Below, in pieces: positions 51,732 through 64,000 of a stretch of 64,000 bases of DNA (its first letter is position 1; every line of letters starts with the position of its first letter). The stretch lies in the NCBI RefSeq assembly GCF_004010195.1, contig NC_057728.1:41374179-41438178 (forward strand), given 5' to 3'. The stretch is from Chiloscyllium plagiosum. Its lineage: Eukaryota. Below the pieces are notes generated by a model, which saw only the letters and a program-made list of their open reading frames with translations, was not told where the DNA came from and made no database searches. Both the position numbers and the translations under genes were made by a program.

Positions 51732-54700
51732 TGTATGCTTGAATTTCAGATCACTGTGTGGCTTACCCTCCAGCAGGGTATTTGTACCTGATGTAGCAAT
51801 GCTTTGTTAACTCACGTAACATAACAGCTAGGTGTATGTAATGAAGAACTGAAAGATTTAACATTTTTTTCAGCTCCTGATATATGCAAATATTACAATC
51901 GAAGCTGTTTGTGTCTGGGCTAATATTATGCTATTCAATAATTAAAAAGTCACATGTGTTCACCAATGTGTTATGCTTCAAATGGTTCAATTTAGATCTT
52001 CATGTCCTCAGGTCACATGCTATGATGCAGTGATGACATTATGAGCATGTCTGTTAAAGGTATATGGCATACTTACTGTGATACATGACACAACATCTGC
52101 CTTTATCCAAAGATAAAAAATAATCTCAAACAGATATACTTGGCTGTATACAGACAAGTGTTGTCAATTTAATAATGGTTCAAATAGGTCAACACAGAAT
52201 TAATAATTCAAATTCCAATAAATGAATTTGCATCATCTTTATGGTATACTTGTCATCCTCCTTTATGATTGTTGATCACATTGAATTGATCTAGGTATAA
52301 GTGTTTGAGACTGACTGATTCAATTGCATCAGTTGTGGTCTGTTCTGCCACAGAGGGTTTGATTTGAATCTCATGAATTATGACTTAGCAAGATCTCTGT
52401 ACACTGATAGTCTAGCCAGGTAGATAATTTTGGGAAACCAAGATGAGCATGTGAATTGGCATTGTAGTTTATTCTGCTAATGCACAGAATTGAGAATCCA
52501 TAATATACTATGATAGTATGTTATAGGTTAGACCATGGAGCATCATTTGCTGAGGTACATGTCTTTCGGGGTGCACAGTACTAGTTAGTTCTTCACTTTT
52601 AGGCTGTAACAGTATGTCTTTTTCTATGATGTTAATGACTGTAAGATCTTCTGTTGACCTCAGACAATCAACATGTTAGTTGTTGATTGACTGTACCCTT
52701 CATAGATATATGTGTGTAAGTTCTTAACAGTTTATTTGCTCCCATCTGGTTTTGTACCATTTTGCTGGTCACTTGTATTTTGTTTTGGGGTCTGGTTTGC
52801 CTTTTGGAAACAGGTTTCTTGTACACACATTTTTTGGTGCCACATATGTTTTGCAGATATGAAGGAAAGCTGGACAGCTTTTGGGTAGATGTGGTAAACC
52901 ACATCTGCTACAGATGTTGTTAGTTTGGTAAACTTTGATGATAGTATAAGTATTGGCTGCACCTGTTATATAATTGTTGGCCTGCCATAATAACTCCATT
53001 CTTCTGTCCATTTCAAGTAAAGTATCAATGACATGACCCATTTTCTTGTCCATAAAATCTTTCCTGAAGGGTTTAATTGGTGTAGAGGTGACTACCAATT
53101 CAATAAGCTTCTCTGAGAGCTCTTTTTCAGAAAAGGACATACTCATGCCATTTGCTGCAGCATCTTCCAACAACTTGTCAACAGACTTTTGGGGTTGTTG
53201 TCTGGATGATATGAGTTGTATTCTGCTATCTCAAGTGGGTTGGAATATAAAAGCAGTGTTGTGATTCTGGGACTTTATAAAGCTCTAGTTATGCCCCATT
53301 TAGAATACTGTGTCCAATTTTGGACCCCACACCTCAGGAAGGACAAACTGGCACTGGACGGTGTCCAGCGGAGATTCACACGGATGATCCCTGGAATGGT
53401 AGGCCTAACATATGATGATCGGCTGAGGATCCTGGGACTGTATTCATTAGAGTTTAGAAGGTTGAGGGAGGTCTAATAGAAACGTACAAGATAATGCATG
53501 GCTTAGAAAGGGTGGACGCTGGGAGGTTGTTTCCATTAAGAGGGGGGACTTGGGCCTATGGGCATAGCCTTAAAATTAGAGGGGGTCAATTTAGAATGGA
53601 AATGAGGAGACATTTCTTCAGCCAGAAACTGGTGGGCCTGTGGAATTCATTGCCACGGAACGTAGTGGAGGTCAGGACGTTGGGTGTGTTCAAAGCAGCA
53701 ATTGATAAATTCTTGATCTCGCAAGGAATTAAGGGCCACAGAGAGTGCTGGTAAGTGGAATTGAAACATCCATCAGCCATGATTAAATGGCGGAGTGAAC
53801 TTGATGGGCCAAATGGCCTTGCTTCCACTCCTATGTCTTATGGTCTTAATCCCAGAGTTAATGCTTACCTTGAGCTGGTCTTTGAGTTCCTTCCAGAATT
53901 TTTTTGGATTTTTGATCATCAACAGGAAGATCGAATCATTAATTCTCAAACCACCTCCTTACTGATAACAAAGATGATTTTCAAGCTCTCTTCCAGAGAT
54001 CATTTATCACATGATCTTTAAAATAAAACTGCATGTATTGCTGAATAGTACAAAATCAGTAAAGATATAATTGCCTACTCTGACCATAATTAGGTTTGCC
54101 TTCCATTTCTCATTGAAGGTTTTGCTGTGTTTTTGGTGTGTGTAGTGTTTGTTTCTTTTAGTTTTTCTGCTTTTATTTTACTTTATTTTCCTTCTTGCTA
54201 CTCCTTACTAGGATTTAGTTAGTGTAGAAACTTCTTTTCATGAATTCAGACCTTTATGAGATTTCTGCCACTAGGTAGAGTTTGCACAAAATTAGGAATG
54301 AGGAGAAGAAATTGAGGATGTTCCCTTTGTTTTGATACCAATTTGGTGAAACAAAATGTTGTTACCCAAAACCCTCTACATGCAGTTAAGTCTTGTTAAT
54401 GTACTAAACTGCTTTTTAATGATTAATATTTTAATGGCTGTATTTTCATTCAGAAATTCTTTGTAAAGTGAGTAGCCTTTGACTGCCTTTTTTTAGTTTA
54501 AATTGAAAAGCAGGATGTTCCGTTGTTTTAAAAGAGAGATGAGGCTTCTAAGAATGGAGGTTTTCAGCAGAAAAGGAGTAGCTGTCTGCCTAATGGCTGT
54601 TCAATTTCCAAATCTTTATTTACAGAAATTGGTGCTGTTAATTTTGTGAACATAACGATATCCAGAAATGTTATCTATTGATCTACAGTGTGGTTTTCAA

Positions 54701-55091
54701 ATGTCTGCTTCCAAGATCTTGGGACTATTTTATAAATTGTCACCGCTGTTAGCTATGAACTGCCAGCATTTTAATGAATTTGCATCCAGCAGGGTATTTG
54801 TGTATGATGAAGCATTGCTTGTGTAAACTCCAGTGAAATAAGAACTAAAGAGGATAGCTGAGTTTCAGCTTTTGATATATACAAATATTATAATCACAGG
54901 TCCTTCAGTGTCTGGGTTACCATTAAGGTATTCTGTTACAAAGAGTAGCTTGCTTTCAATAATGTGCTACACTTAGTTAAAATAAGGCCCAAAACATTTA
55001 TGCTCTTAGGTCACGTACTGTGATACAGTGATGATATCATGAGCATATCTGTTAAAGGAATGCTGCATACGAACTGAGACATGGCATAGCT
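51732..55091 (-). mobile_element. Ancient, internally deleted Gypsy LTR retrotransposon
   Basis: Diverged direct repeats ~51732-52095 and ~54747-55091; gag remnant with CSRCGLPHLPKSCPAF knuckle (ORF 52769-53173); PPT-like AAAGGCAGA before TGTTGTG on the minus strand. Confidence 0.78.
53222..53848 (+). mobile_element. CR1 3' fragment inserted into the Gypsy gag
   Basis: [17 protein letters not shown]...WNSLPRNVVE; TCTTATGG tail. Confidence 0.9.
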
Positions 55092-55759
55092 TCCCTTGAT
55101 GTTGATGATAGGGGATTTGGTATTTATAATGCCATTGAATGTCAATGAGAGATAGATTGTTATCCTTTGGAGGTGGTCATTACTCGGGCTGTAGCAGCAC
55201 AGCCTGGCTGTTAATCCAGGTCTTGTTACATCTAGAAATAGTCTACTTCAATTGTTACAGTCAAAAATCGCATGTCAACAGGTTGTAGTCCAGCAGGTTT
55301 ATTTGAAACCGCAAGGTTTTGGAGCCCGCCCCCCCCCCCCCCCTCTTCCTCAGGCAGCTGGTGAGAGACAATATATCGGATACAGATTTTATAAGTAATA
55401 GATCAAAGAGTCATAAAACTAATGCAAATTTATTGACCAAAAGTGATGGCTATTAAGTCTTTCATCAGTTAGATTGGTGCTGTAGGTTTCAATTGAATAA
55501 TATGTAAATCATTGCCCTGAGATAACTTCAGGTTTTATAAGAATAAAGGTGACACCTCAAGTCAGACAATGCATTTTAGATGAGGTAATGTTTTAAGTCT
55601 GTTTGTCTCTCAACCTGGAGCCAGATTTATTTCCAAAGTAGGAATTTATAAAATGCCACATTGATTATCATTGATTGTCTACAGATCATGTACTTATTGA
55701 ACAAATTGGAATGTATCTGTAAATACATATCTGCAAATGCAAATTCACCCCATAGATTT

Positions 55760-55935
55760 GTGTGTGCGTGTGTATGCATGAGAGGTAGAGTTTATGGGTG
55801 TGTGTGTATGTATGTGCATGTACCTTGAGGGAGAATGTGAGGGAGTATATGTGAGTGAAAACGTGCATGTGAGTGTGTGTGCGAATGTGTGTGAGAGAGA
55901 GTGTGTGTGTGTGTGTGTGAGAGAAAGTGTGTAGT
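55760..55935 (+). repeat. Degenerate (GT)n/(GA)n microsatellite
   Basis: Visible dinucleotide repeats. Confidence 0.85.
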
Positions 55936-56560
55936 ACGGTGGGGTAACTTGTAGTGTGATATGAACCGAAGATCCCGATTGAGGCAAGGATGCCCTAAGG
56001 CATTATATATTGGCGAAACCAAGCAGACGCAATGCCAAGGGATGAGTCGACCTTTGAGGTATGAAGGTAAACTGGCCAAAAATATAAAGGAGGATAGTAA
56101 AAGCTTTTTTAGATATGTGAAAGGCAAAAAAATGGTTAAGACTAAAATTGGGCCCTTAAAGACAGAAACAGGGGAACAAAGAAATGGCAGAAGAATTGAA
56201 TTGGTACTTCAGATCTGTGTTCACTGGGGAAGACACAAGCAATCTCCCTGAGGTAACAGTAGCTGAAGGACCTGAACTTAAGGGAATTTATATTTGCCAG
56301 GAATTGGTGTTGGAGAGACTGTTAGGTCTGAAGGTTGATAAGTCCCCGGGGCCTGATGTTCTACATCCCAGGGTACTGAAGGAGGTGGCTCGAGAAATCG
56401 TGGATGCGTTGGTATTATTTTCCAGATTTTGATAGATTCGGGATCAGTTCCTGTGGATTGGAGGGTGGCTAATGTTGTACCACCTTTTAAGAAAGGTGGG
56501 AGAGAGAAAGCAGGAAATTATAGACCAGTTAGTCTGACCTCAGTGATGGGAAAGATGCTG

Positions 56561-57324
56561 NNNNNNNNNNNNNNNNNNNNNNNNNNNNNNNNNNNNNNNN
56601 NNNNNNNNNNNNNNNNNNNNNNNNNNNNNNNNNNNNNNNNNNNNNNNNNNNNNNNNNNNNNNNNNNNNNNNNNNNNNNNNNNNNNNNNNNNNNNNNNNNN
56701 NNNNNNNNNNNNNNNNNNNNNNNNNNNNNNNNNNNNNNNNNNNNNNNNNNNNNNNNNNNNNNNNNNNNNNNNNNNNNNNNNNNNNNNNNNNNNNNNNNNN
56801 NNNNNNNNNNNNNNNNNNNNNNNNNNNNNNNNNNNNNNNNNNNNNNNNNNNNNNNNNNNNNNNNNNNNNNNNNNNNNNNNNNNNNNNNNNNNNNNNNNNN
56901 NNNNNNNNNNNNNNNNNNNNNNNNNNNNNNNNNNNNNNNNNNNNNNNNNNNNNNNNNNNNNNNNNNNNNNNNNNNNNNNNNNNNNNNNNNNNNNNNNNNN
57001 NNNNNNNNNNNNNNNNNNNNNNNNNNNNNNNNNNNNNNNNNNNNNNNNNNNNNNNNNNNNNNNNNNNNNNNNNNNNNNNNNNNNNNNNNNNNNNNNNNNN
57101 NNNNNNNNNNNNNNNNNNNNNNNNNNNNNNNNNNNNNNNNNNNNNNNNNNNNNNNNNNNNNNNNNNNNNNNNNNNNNNNNNNNNNNNNNNNNNNNNNNNN
57201 NNNNNNNNNNNNNNNNNNNNNNNNNNNNNNNNNNNNNNNNNNNNNNNNNNNNNNNNNNNNNNNNNNNNNNNNNNNNNNNNNNNNNNNNNNNNNNNNNNNN
57301 NNNNNNNNNNNNNNNNNNNNNNNN
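56561..57324. other. Assembly gap (764 N)
   Basis: Run of N. Confidence 1.
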
Positions 57325-57992
57325 GGTCATTTATATAAATGACAAACAGCAATGGTCCCAAAACAGATCCTTGTGGAACACCGCTAGTGACGGCACTCCA
57401 AGATTAACCTTTACCATCAACTACTACCCTCTGTCGTCTTCCAGCCAGCCAATTCCTAATCCAAACCTCCAACCTCAATGCCATACCTCCGTATTTTTTG
57501 CAGTAGCCTACCATGGGGAACGTTATCAAACGCCTTACTAAAATCCATATACACCACATCTACCACTTTACCCTCGTTAACCTCCTTAGTCACCTTCTCA
57601 AAGAATTCAATAAGGTTTGTGAGGCACGACCTGCCCTTCACAAAACCATGCTGACTATCCTTGATCACATTATTCCTATCCAGATGTTCATAAATCCTAT
57701 CCCTTACAATTCTCTCTAAGACTTTGCCCACAACAGAAGTGAGACTCACCGGCCTATAGTTACTAGGGTTATCCCTACTCCCCTTCTTGAACAAGGGAAC
57801 CACATTTGCTATCCTCCAGTCTACTGGTACTATTCCTGTAGACAAGGAGGACATAAAAATCAAGGCCAATGGCTCTGCAATCTTCTCCCTTGCTTCCCAG
57901 AGAATCCTAGGATAAATGCTATCAGGCCCAGGGGACTTATCTATTTTCAGCCTTTCTAGAATTTCCAACACCTCTTCCCTACATATCTCAAA
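57325..57992 (-). mobile_element. CR1 RT fragment, opposite strand
   Basis: ORF 57456-57971 KSPGPDSIYPRIL...QHGFVKGRSCLTNL...DFSKAFD. Confidence 0.92.
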
Positions 57993-59391
57993 GTGTACCT
58001 AGACTTTCAGAAAGCTTTTGATAAAGTCCCACATAGGAGGTTAGCCAGCAAAATTAGGGCGCATGGTATTGGGGGCAAAGTACTAACTGGGATTTAAAGT
58101 TGGTTGGCTGACAGGAAACAAAGAGTAGTGATAAACGGCTCCATTTTGGAATGGCAGGCACTGACCAGTGGGGTACCACAGGGATCAGTGCTGGGACCGC
58201 AGCATTTTACAATATATATTAACGATATAGAAGATGTTATTAGTAATAACATTAGCAAATTTGCTGATGATACTAAGCTGGGTGGCAGGATGAAATGTGA
58301 GGAGGATGTTAGGAGATTACAGGGTGACCTGGACAGGTTAGGTGAGTGGTCAGATGCATGGCAGATGCAGTTTAATATGGATAAATGTATGGTTATTCAC
58401 TTTGGTGGCAAGAACAGGAAGGCAGATTACTACCTAAATGGAATCAATTTAGGTAAAGGGGCAGTACAAAGAGATCTCGGTGTTCTTGTACACCAGTCAA
58501 TGAAGGTAAGCATGCAGATACAGCAGTTGGTGAAGAAGGCTAATAGTATGCTGGCCTTCATAACAAGAGTATAGAAGCAAAGAGGTTCTTCTGCAGCTGT
58601 ATAGGGCCCTGGTGAGTCCACACCTGGAGTATTGTGTGCAGTTCTGGTCTCCAAATTTGAGGAAAGACATTCTGGCTATTGAGGGAGTGCAATGAAGGTT
58701 CATGAGGTCAATTCCTGGAACGGCGGGATTACCTTACACTGAAAGACTGGAGCAACTGGGCTTGTAAACCCTTGAGTTTAGAAGACTGAGAGGGGATCTG
58801 ATTGAGACATAAGATTATTAAAGGATTGGACACTCTGGAGGCAGGAAACATGCTTCCACAGATGGGTGAGTGCTGAACCAGAGGACACAGCTTAAAAATA
58901 CGGGGTAGACCATTTACGACAGAGATGAGGAGAAACTTCTTCACTGAGAGAGTGGTGGCTGTGTGGAATGCTCTGCCCCAGAGGGCAGTGGAGGCCCAGT
59001 CTCTGGATTTATTTAAGAAAGAGTTGGATAGTGGAATCAAGGGTTATGGAGATAAGGCAGGAACAGGATACTGATTAAGGATGATCAGCCATGATCATAT
59101 TGAATGGTGGTGCAGGCTTGAAGGGCAGAATGGCCTACTCCTGCACCTATTGTCTATTGCCTGTTGACATGGTGCAACAATCACCAGACAGGGATATTCC
59201 CTCCCAATGGGGGAACACTTAAGTGGTCAAGGATATTCAACCTCAGATCTTTGGGTGAATGTCCTGTAGGGTGGACTTCAGGACATGCAACAGTGCAGAG
59301 TTGTGAACAGAGGCTGATAGCCATGCTCGGTACCCATGAGTACAGCCTCAACTGGGATCTTGGGTTCATGTCGCACTAGAGGTGATCCCAT

Positions 59392-59518
59392 TTCTCTCTC
59401 TCGCTCTCTCTCTCGCTCTCTCTCTCACGCTCTCTCTCTCACGCTCTCTCTCTCACGCTCTCTCTCTCACGCTCTCTCTCACGCTCTCTCTCTCTCGCTC
59501 TCTCTCGCACACACACAC
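59392..59518 (+). repeat. (TC)n/CACG compound microsatellite
   Basis: Visible repeats. Confidence 0.9.
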
Positions 59519-60883
59519 TTTTTTTGCTGCCATAACATTGTATTCCTAGCACTGTTCTATTTTGTATGGTATGATCAGCCCACACTGCATGGAAAACAAA
59601 ACTTTTCACTGTACCTAGGTACACATGACAATAATAAATGGAATCAGGTTTTTTTTGCCTTTAGTTCTGATTTCCTGAGTACTTTCATTTCATTTGTAAT
59701 TTCTCAGCCAGGATTGCTTGTGTAGAACATCTTACGGTGCACTCATCTAAGAAGGGATACGATAGTATATGCCCTCTAAATTATATGAATGTAATTCTTT
59801 TTATTGATTAACATGATTCTATTGTCATGGCATCAAACATAACTGGACTGGGTTTATAATAGCATTGTGGCAAGATGAAGGCTATTTTAAGAGATGTAGT
59901 GGATTGAAAATTATGTACAGTACTGATATTCAGGAATTATTTTCTGTTGGGTTACTTCAACTCGTGTGTGCTCGCCAATCTTTTCTGACTCTGAATGTTA
60001 ATCCCACAGCCCCACAGTGATACTGAAATAAATTTCCCTACTAAGTAATATTTGTATTGTACTGTTATTTGATTGAATAAGTTTGCTTTTGTACTTAATG
60101 TTAAGCTAAAAGTATTAATTCCTGCAGCATTTGCAAATAATTTATTTTTCGCCCTGTTCCAAATTGTCAATACTGTAACAATGATATTATCTGAAGTGTT
60201 CACTACAATTGCATATTTTAATGTAATTAAAAGAAGGAATCGAATTAAGTTTGTATAAAGTTTGACAGGAAAAGAAAGCTAAGTAATGGGAAAAGGAAAC
60301 AGTATTATTAAGCTTTTTTTACTAGATTGAGAGCTGTCCAGTCCCATGGAAACTTCAGAGATGAATTTTAGTACAAATTATGAAATGAATTTCTAAAATT
60401 CAGTACATTCAAGAAAAATGAACTTTTGAAAGTACAGACTAATAACCAGTAGAAGGTGCTACAAGACTTGCAAAAGAAGGAGTGCTCCTATGTGATTACA
60501 TCATCAGAACTGTGATCATACTGGTTACATCACCATCTTGAATATACTGTGAGGCAAAAAGCAAAAATAATGTAGGAGAACTCTGCAAAAAAATTTTTGC
60601 AGTACAATGTGTATTTTTTTATTATGACTTTCTGTAGGAAAACTGCTGCCTCAATGTCACTTCTACAATTGCAGATGAAAGCTCATATCTAATTACCCTG
60701 GCACTCATTAGAAAGTCAGATTAATAATGTATAGTCTAAATCTTTATTCACAAACGCCTTATTATTCAATACTGGTATTCATGTACAGTTTTTATACTGA
60801 CTGCTGCACTACCTCAGAAGTCAAAAAGCCCCTAAAGGCTTGTTTGAAATCATACTCGAAAGTTGAAGTAATTGGGTGTGCAC

Positions 60884-63800
60884 TTTTTAAAAATATTTTT
60901 ATTGAAAAAAATTTTCTTTACAAAATTATAAAATTACAAAAATATGAAAATATAACATTATAACAACAAAAACAACATTAATAAACCAACTACTATACAA
61001 CTCTACAAAAGAACTCACAACTACACTCAATACACATTAATAAATAAATAACTCCACTCAGCGTTACAACACCCCAGCTCTCAACCTTAGAGCATCAATT
61101 ATTAAAACCCATGTTTGCTCGAAATTCCTCCTCTCAGGACATTAGGCTTATTAAACCAAACCACCATGGCTAGACAAAAGCCCTAATTAAAATGGCGAAC
61201 AGATCTGCTTCTAAATAATTCAAAAAGGGCTGCCATGTTTTATAAAAATTGTCCATTTTCTGGTGCAAGAAAGTCCAACGGAATGTGTTCAATAAATAAC
61301 TTATGCCACTCTGATAGACCCAGGGGGTTCTCAGACATCCAGCACATCAGAATGTTCTTCCTTGCACAAAATGTGCTAGAAAGCTTTCTCCCATGTACAT
61401 CTAAGGGAGATAAATTCGGCAAACCCAGAAGATAAACCAGATCCACCTTGACTTCGGTCCCCAAGAATCCCTCTATTACTCCTGCCATAGCACTTCAGTA
61501 TGTACTGAGTCTGTGGCAGGACCACAAACAATGAGTGAGGTTACCTGTATTTATTTTACATTGGGGCACATTGAAGACGCACCCTGCTTAAATTTTGCAA
61601 GACAATCTAGGGCCAGATGAGCCCTATGAAGAAGCTTTACCTGCATAGCCAGGGTCCTATTACATATCAAAATCTTCTTTGCGTTTTCACAGGTGTCCTC
61701 CCAAGTTTCCAGAGTGATCTCCCCCCCAACAAATGATAGAGAATACTTACCGAAAGAGTGCTCTTAGCCTGAAGCACCCTCTTTTCCGTATCAGATCTAT
61801 AACACTCAGTCAGAAGTATAATCTCTTTTCGGATAAAATCTCTGATCTGAAAAACACCGAAGAGGTCACTGCTCAATAATCCATACTTACGAATTATTTG
61901 ATCAAATGATGTTAACGTTTCATCTTCAAACAGGTCACCCAAACAAGAGACTCCCCTATCCACCCAGGACTTAAACCAGGGATCCATTGTCCCTGGCCAG
62001 AAACCTGGCATACCAACTATGGAGTATGGAAAGATGTTTTAGACATATTACCCTCCATCTGTCTCATCGCCCTCCATGCTTTGACAGTGCTAATAACTAG
62101 TGGATTGTGGCAATGTTCTGCAACTATCTTCATTTTGTCCAGAAACAACAGGTTAATAAGAGGACACTTTGCCTGGGAGGCCTCAATGTCCAACCATATC
62201 GACACTGAGTCCTCACAGACTCAATCATTCACCAAAGATGAAAGGGAGCTCAATTGATATCTTCTGACATCCGGTAGATCCACTCCTCCCAACCCCTGGG
62301 GCATTTGCAATTTCATAAGCTTGATAAGAGGCCGCTTATGGTGCCAAATAAAAGAACTAAACCAACCATTAGTTTCTGAAAAGTTTGGCTAGGAAAAAGA
62401 AATGGCAGAGGGTATAATAAGCGAGGAAGAACATTATTTTTAATAAAAGCAACTCGACCTAGCCATGATATTGGAAGGGGCCCCCCATCTTTGAAGGTCT
62501 TGTTCAACCTTGTCAAACAAATGAACAAAATTAGCCTTGAATAACTGCTCAAAACTGGGGGTAACAGAGAGGCCCAAATAAAGAAAGCATCCCTGTTCCC
62601 ACCTAAAGGGGAACCCACCTTCAAACGTCCAGTATTCCCCTAAGACACGCCCCCCCCCCCAGAGGCATAGCCTTTGATTTTGAAAAAATTGATCTTATAA
62701 CCTGAGAAAAAGCCAAATGAATTAATACATTGTATCAACTGGGGCACTGAAACTGCCGGGTTCGAAAGAAAAATGAGAACTATATCCGCATATAATGTGA
62801 TCTTACGCACCTTCAACCCTACCTTTGGGGCAGCTTTATTAGGGTCCCCACGAATGGCCTCTGTCAGCGGCTCAATCACCAATGTGAAGAACAAAGTTGA
62901 GCGGGAACAGCCTTGCCAACTGCCCCTGCCAATGTTAAAATGGTCAGACCATATACCATTAGTGAGAGCTGCCACCAGAGGATCATTGTAAAGGACCCTT
63001 ACCCATCTTGTAAACACTTCACCCAGACCAAACCGCTCCAGGGTATAAAAAAGATATGTCCATTCCACCCGGTCAGATGCCTCCTCCGCGTCCAAGGAAA
63101 CCACCAACCCTTGAAGCTGACACACTTTAATCATGTTAAGCAGTCTCCTAACATTATTAGAAGATCTGCAGCCCTTTATAAAGCCCATCTGATCCTCCTT
63201 AACAATAGAAGGCAACACTCTTTTCAACCTCAATGCCAGAGTCTTCGAAAAAATTTTAAAATCAGAGTTTAAAAGCGAGATGGGTCTGTAAGAAGCACAG
63301 ATTTCCAGCGTCTTCCCTTTCTTGAGAATAAGAGAGATATTATCCTTTCTCAAGAATGGCAGGAGGCAATCCCGACTATATGAATATTTATACATGTCTT
63401 AACATCGATCCTGACAGTATCTTTACAAATTTTTTAAAAACTCACTGGTCAAGCCATTAGGTCCAGGCGCCTTTCCACTTTGAAGTTGCTTCACCGCCTC
63501 CTGTATCTTTTGGGCTATTAATGGAGCACTAAGGAGGTTCAGCAGGTGCACCAGGAAGATCCAAATTCCTAAAAAAAAGACTCCCATCTTATCCCATCTG
63601 TCGTCACAGCATTCAGACTGGTGAAGTTCAAAGTAAAACCTCCGAAACACCTCATTGATCTTTTTAGCATTTTAAGTAAGAGTCTCATTCCTTCCCTAAT
63701 AGAAGCAACAGACTGGGAAGCATTCTTTTTCCTGACCAAATATGCCAAGTATTTACCCGGCCTATCACCATTTTTGAACAGCCTCTGCTTCACAAAGGAA

Positions 63801-64000
63801 AGTTCCTTCCTTGCTGTATGCATTAGCATGGAGTTTAAATTGGATCAGAGAGCTGTAATCTGCTGCAGCTTAGTCACTGATGGTCTACTGTATATGCTGT
63901 CTCAGCTGCCTTCAGTCATGCCTCAAGCAGATGTTGCTGCTCTCCCTTCTGTCGCTTCTAGCTGGCAGAGTATGAGATAATTATCCCTCTATCATAGGCC
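60884..64000 (-). mobile_element. L1-clade LINE ORF2 (RT) remnant and 3' end, continuing beyond the window
   Basis: SGKAPGPNG, ISLILKKGK...YRPISLLNSDFKI...DQMGFIKG...SLDAEEASDRVEW...LYADIV; GRVAFIKNNVLPRLLY; AATAAA and A-rich tail near 60890. Confidence 0.92.

Larger units (their letters stand above)
56050..59160 (+). mobile_element. CR1 LINE ORF2 remnant containing the gap and an opposite-strand CR1
   Basis: VPVDWRVANVVPPFKKG...NYRPVSLTS; resumes at ~57995 (GVPQGSVLGP, KFADDTKLGG). Confidence 0.88.
55256..59520. mobile_element. Penelope-like element (fourth family) split by nested CR1 insertions
   Basis: GIY-YIG motif CPKALYIGETKQT at ~55991-56030 continues at ~59165-59380 (EQRLIAMLGTHEYSLNWDLGFMSH); inverted copy of the end at 55945-55985. 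Confidence 0.75.

Noticed and set aside
54804..54861. C/D box snoRNA-like ATGATGA...CTGA
   Set aside because: Lies inside a Gypsy LTR, has no terminal stem, and the boxes are not preserved in the other LTR
56429..57541. Long 270-370 aa ORFs
   Set aside because: Artefacts of reading through the N gap; the flanks are CR1

Overview
Vertebrate genomic DNA, very likely an elasmobranch (shark), judged from HE1-like tRNA SINEs, Deu-domain SINEs and abundant CR1 and Penelope repeats. Two protein-coding genes lie in tandem on the + strand. TMBIM4 (GAAP/LFG4) has coding exons 2-7 at 1827-8862, with exon 1 upstream of the window. LLPH has a probable non-coding exon 1 near 14.7 kb and coding exons at 18774-18975 and 21507-21670 (121 aa). 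A second, unexplained CpG-island promoter at ~37.0-37.45 kb carries an NRF1 site, E-boxes and a splice donor. It is preceded by a ~42-bp tandem array that has been split by a CR1, a solo LTR and one further insertion. The rest is mostly decayed mobile DNA: CR1, L2-like, Rex1 and L1 LINEs, SINEs, an old Gypsy provirus, and many short Penelope-like elements. At least three of the Penelope-like families carry minimal hammerhead-ribozyme cores with covarying stem II. There is one assembly gap (56561-57324). Repeat boundaries were read by eye and are approximate.
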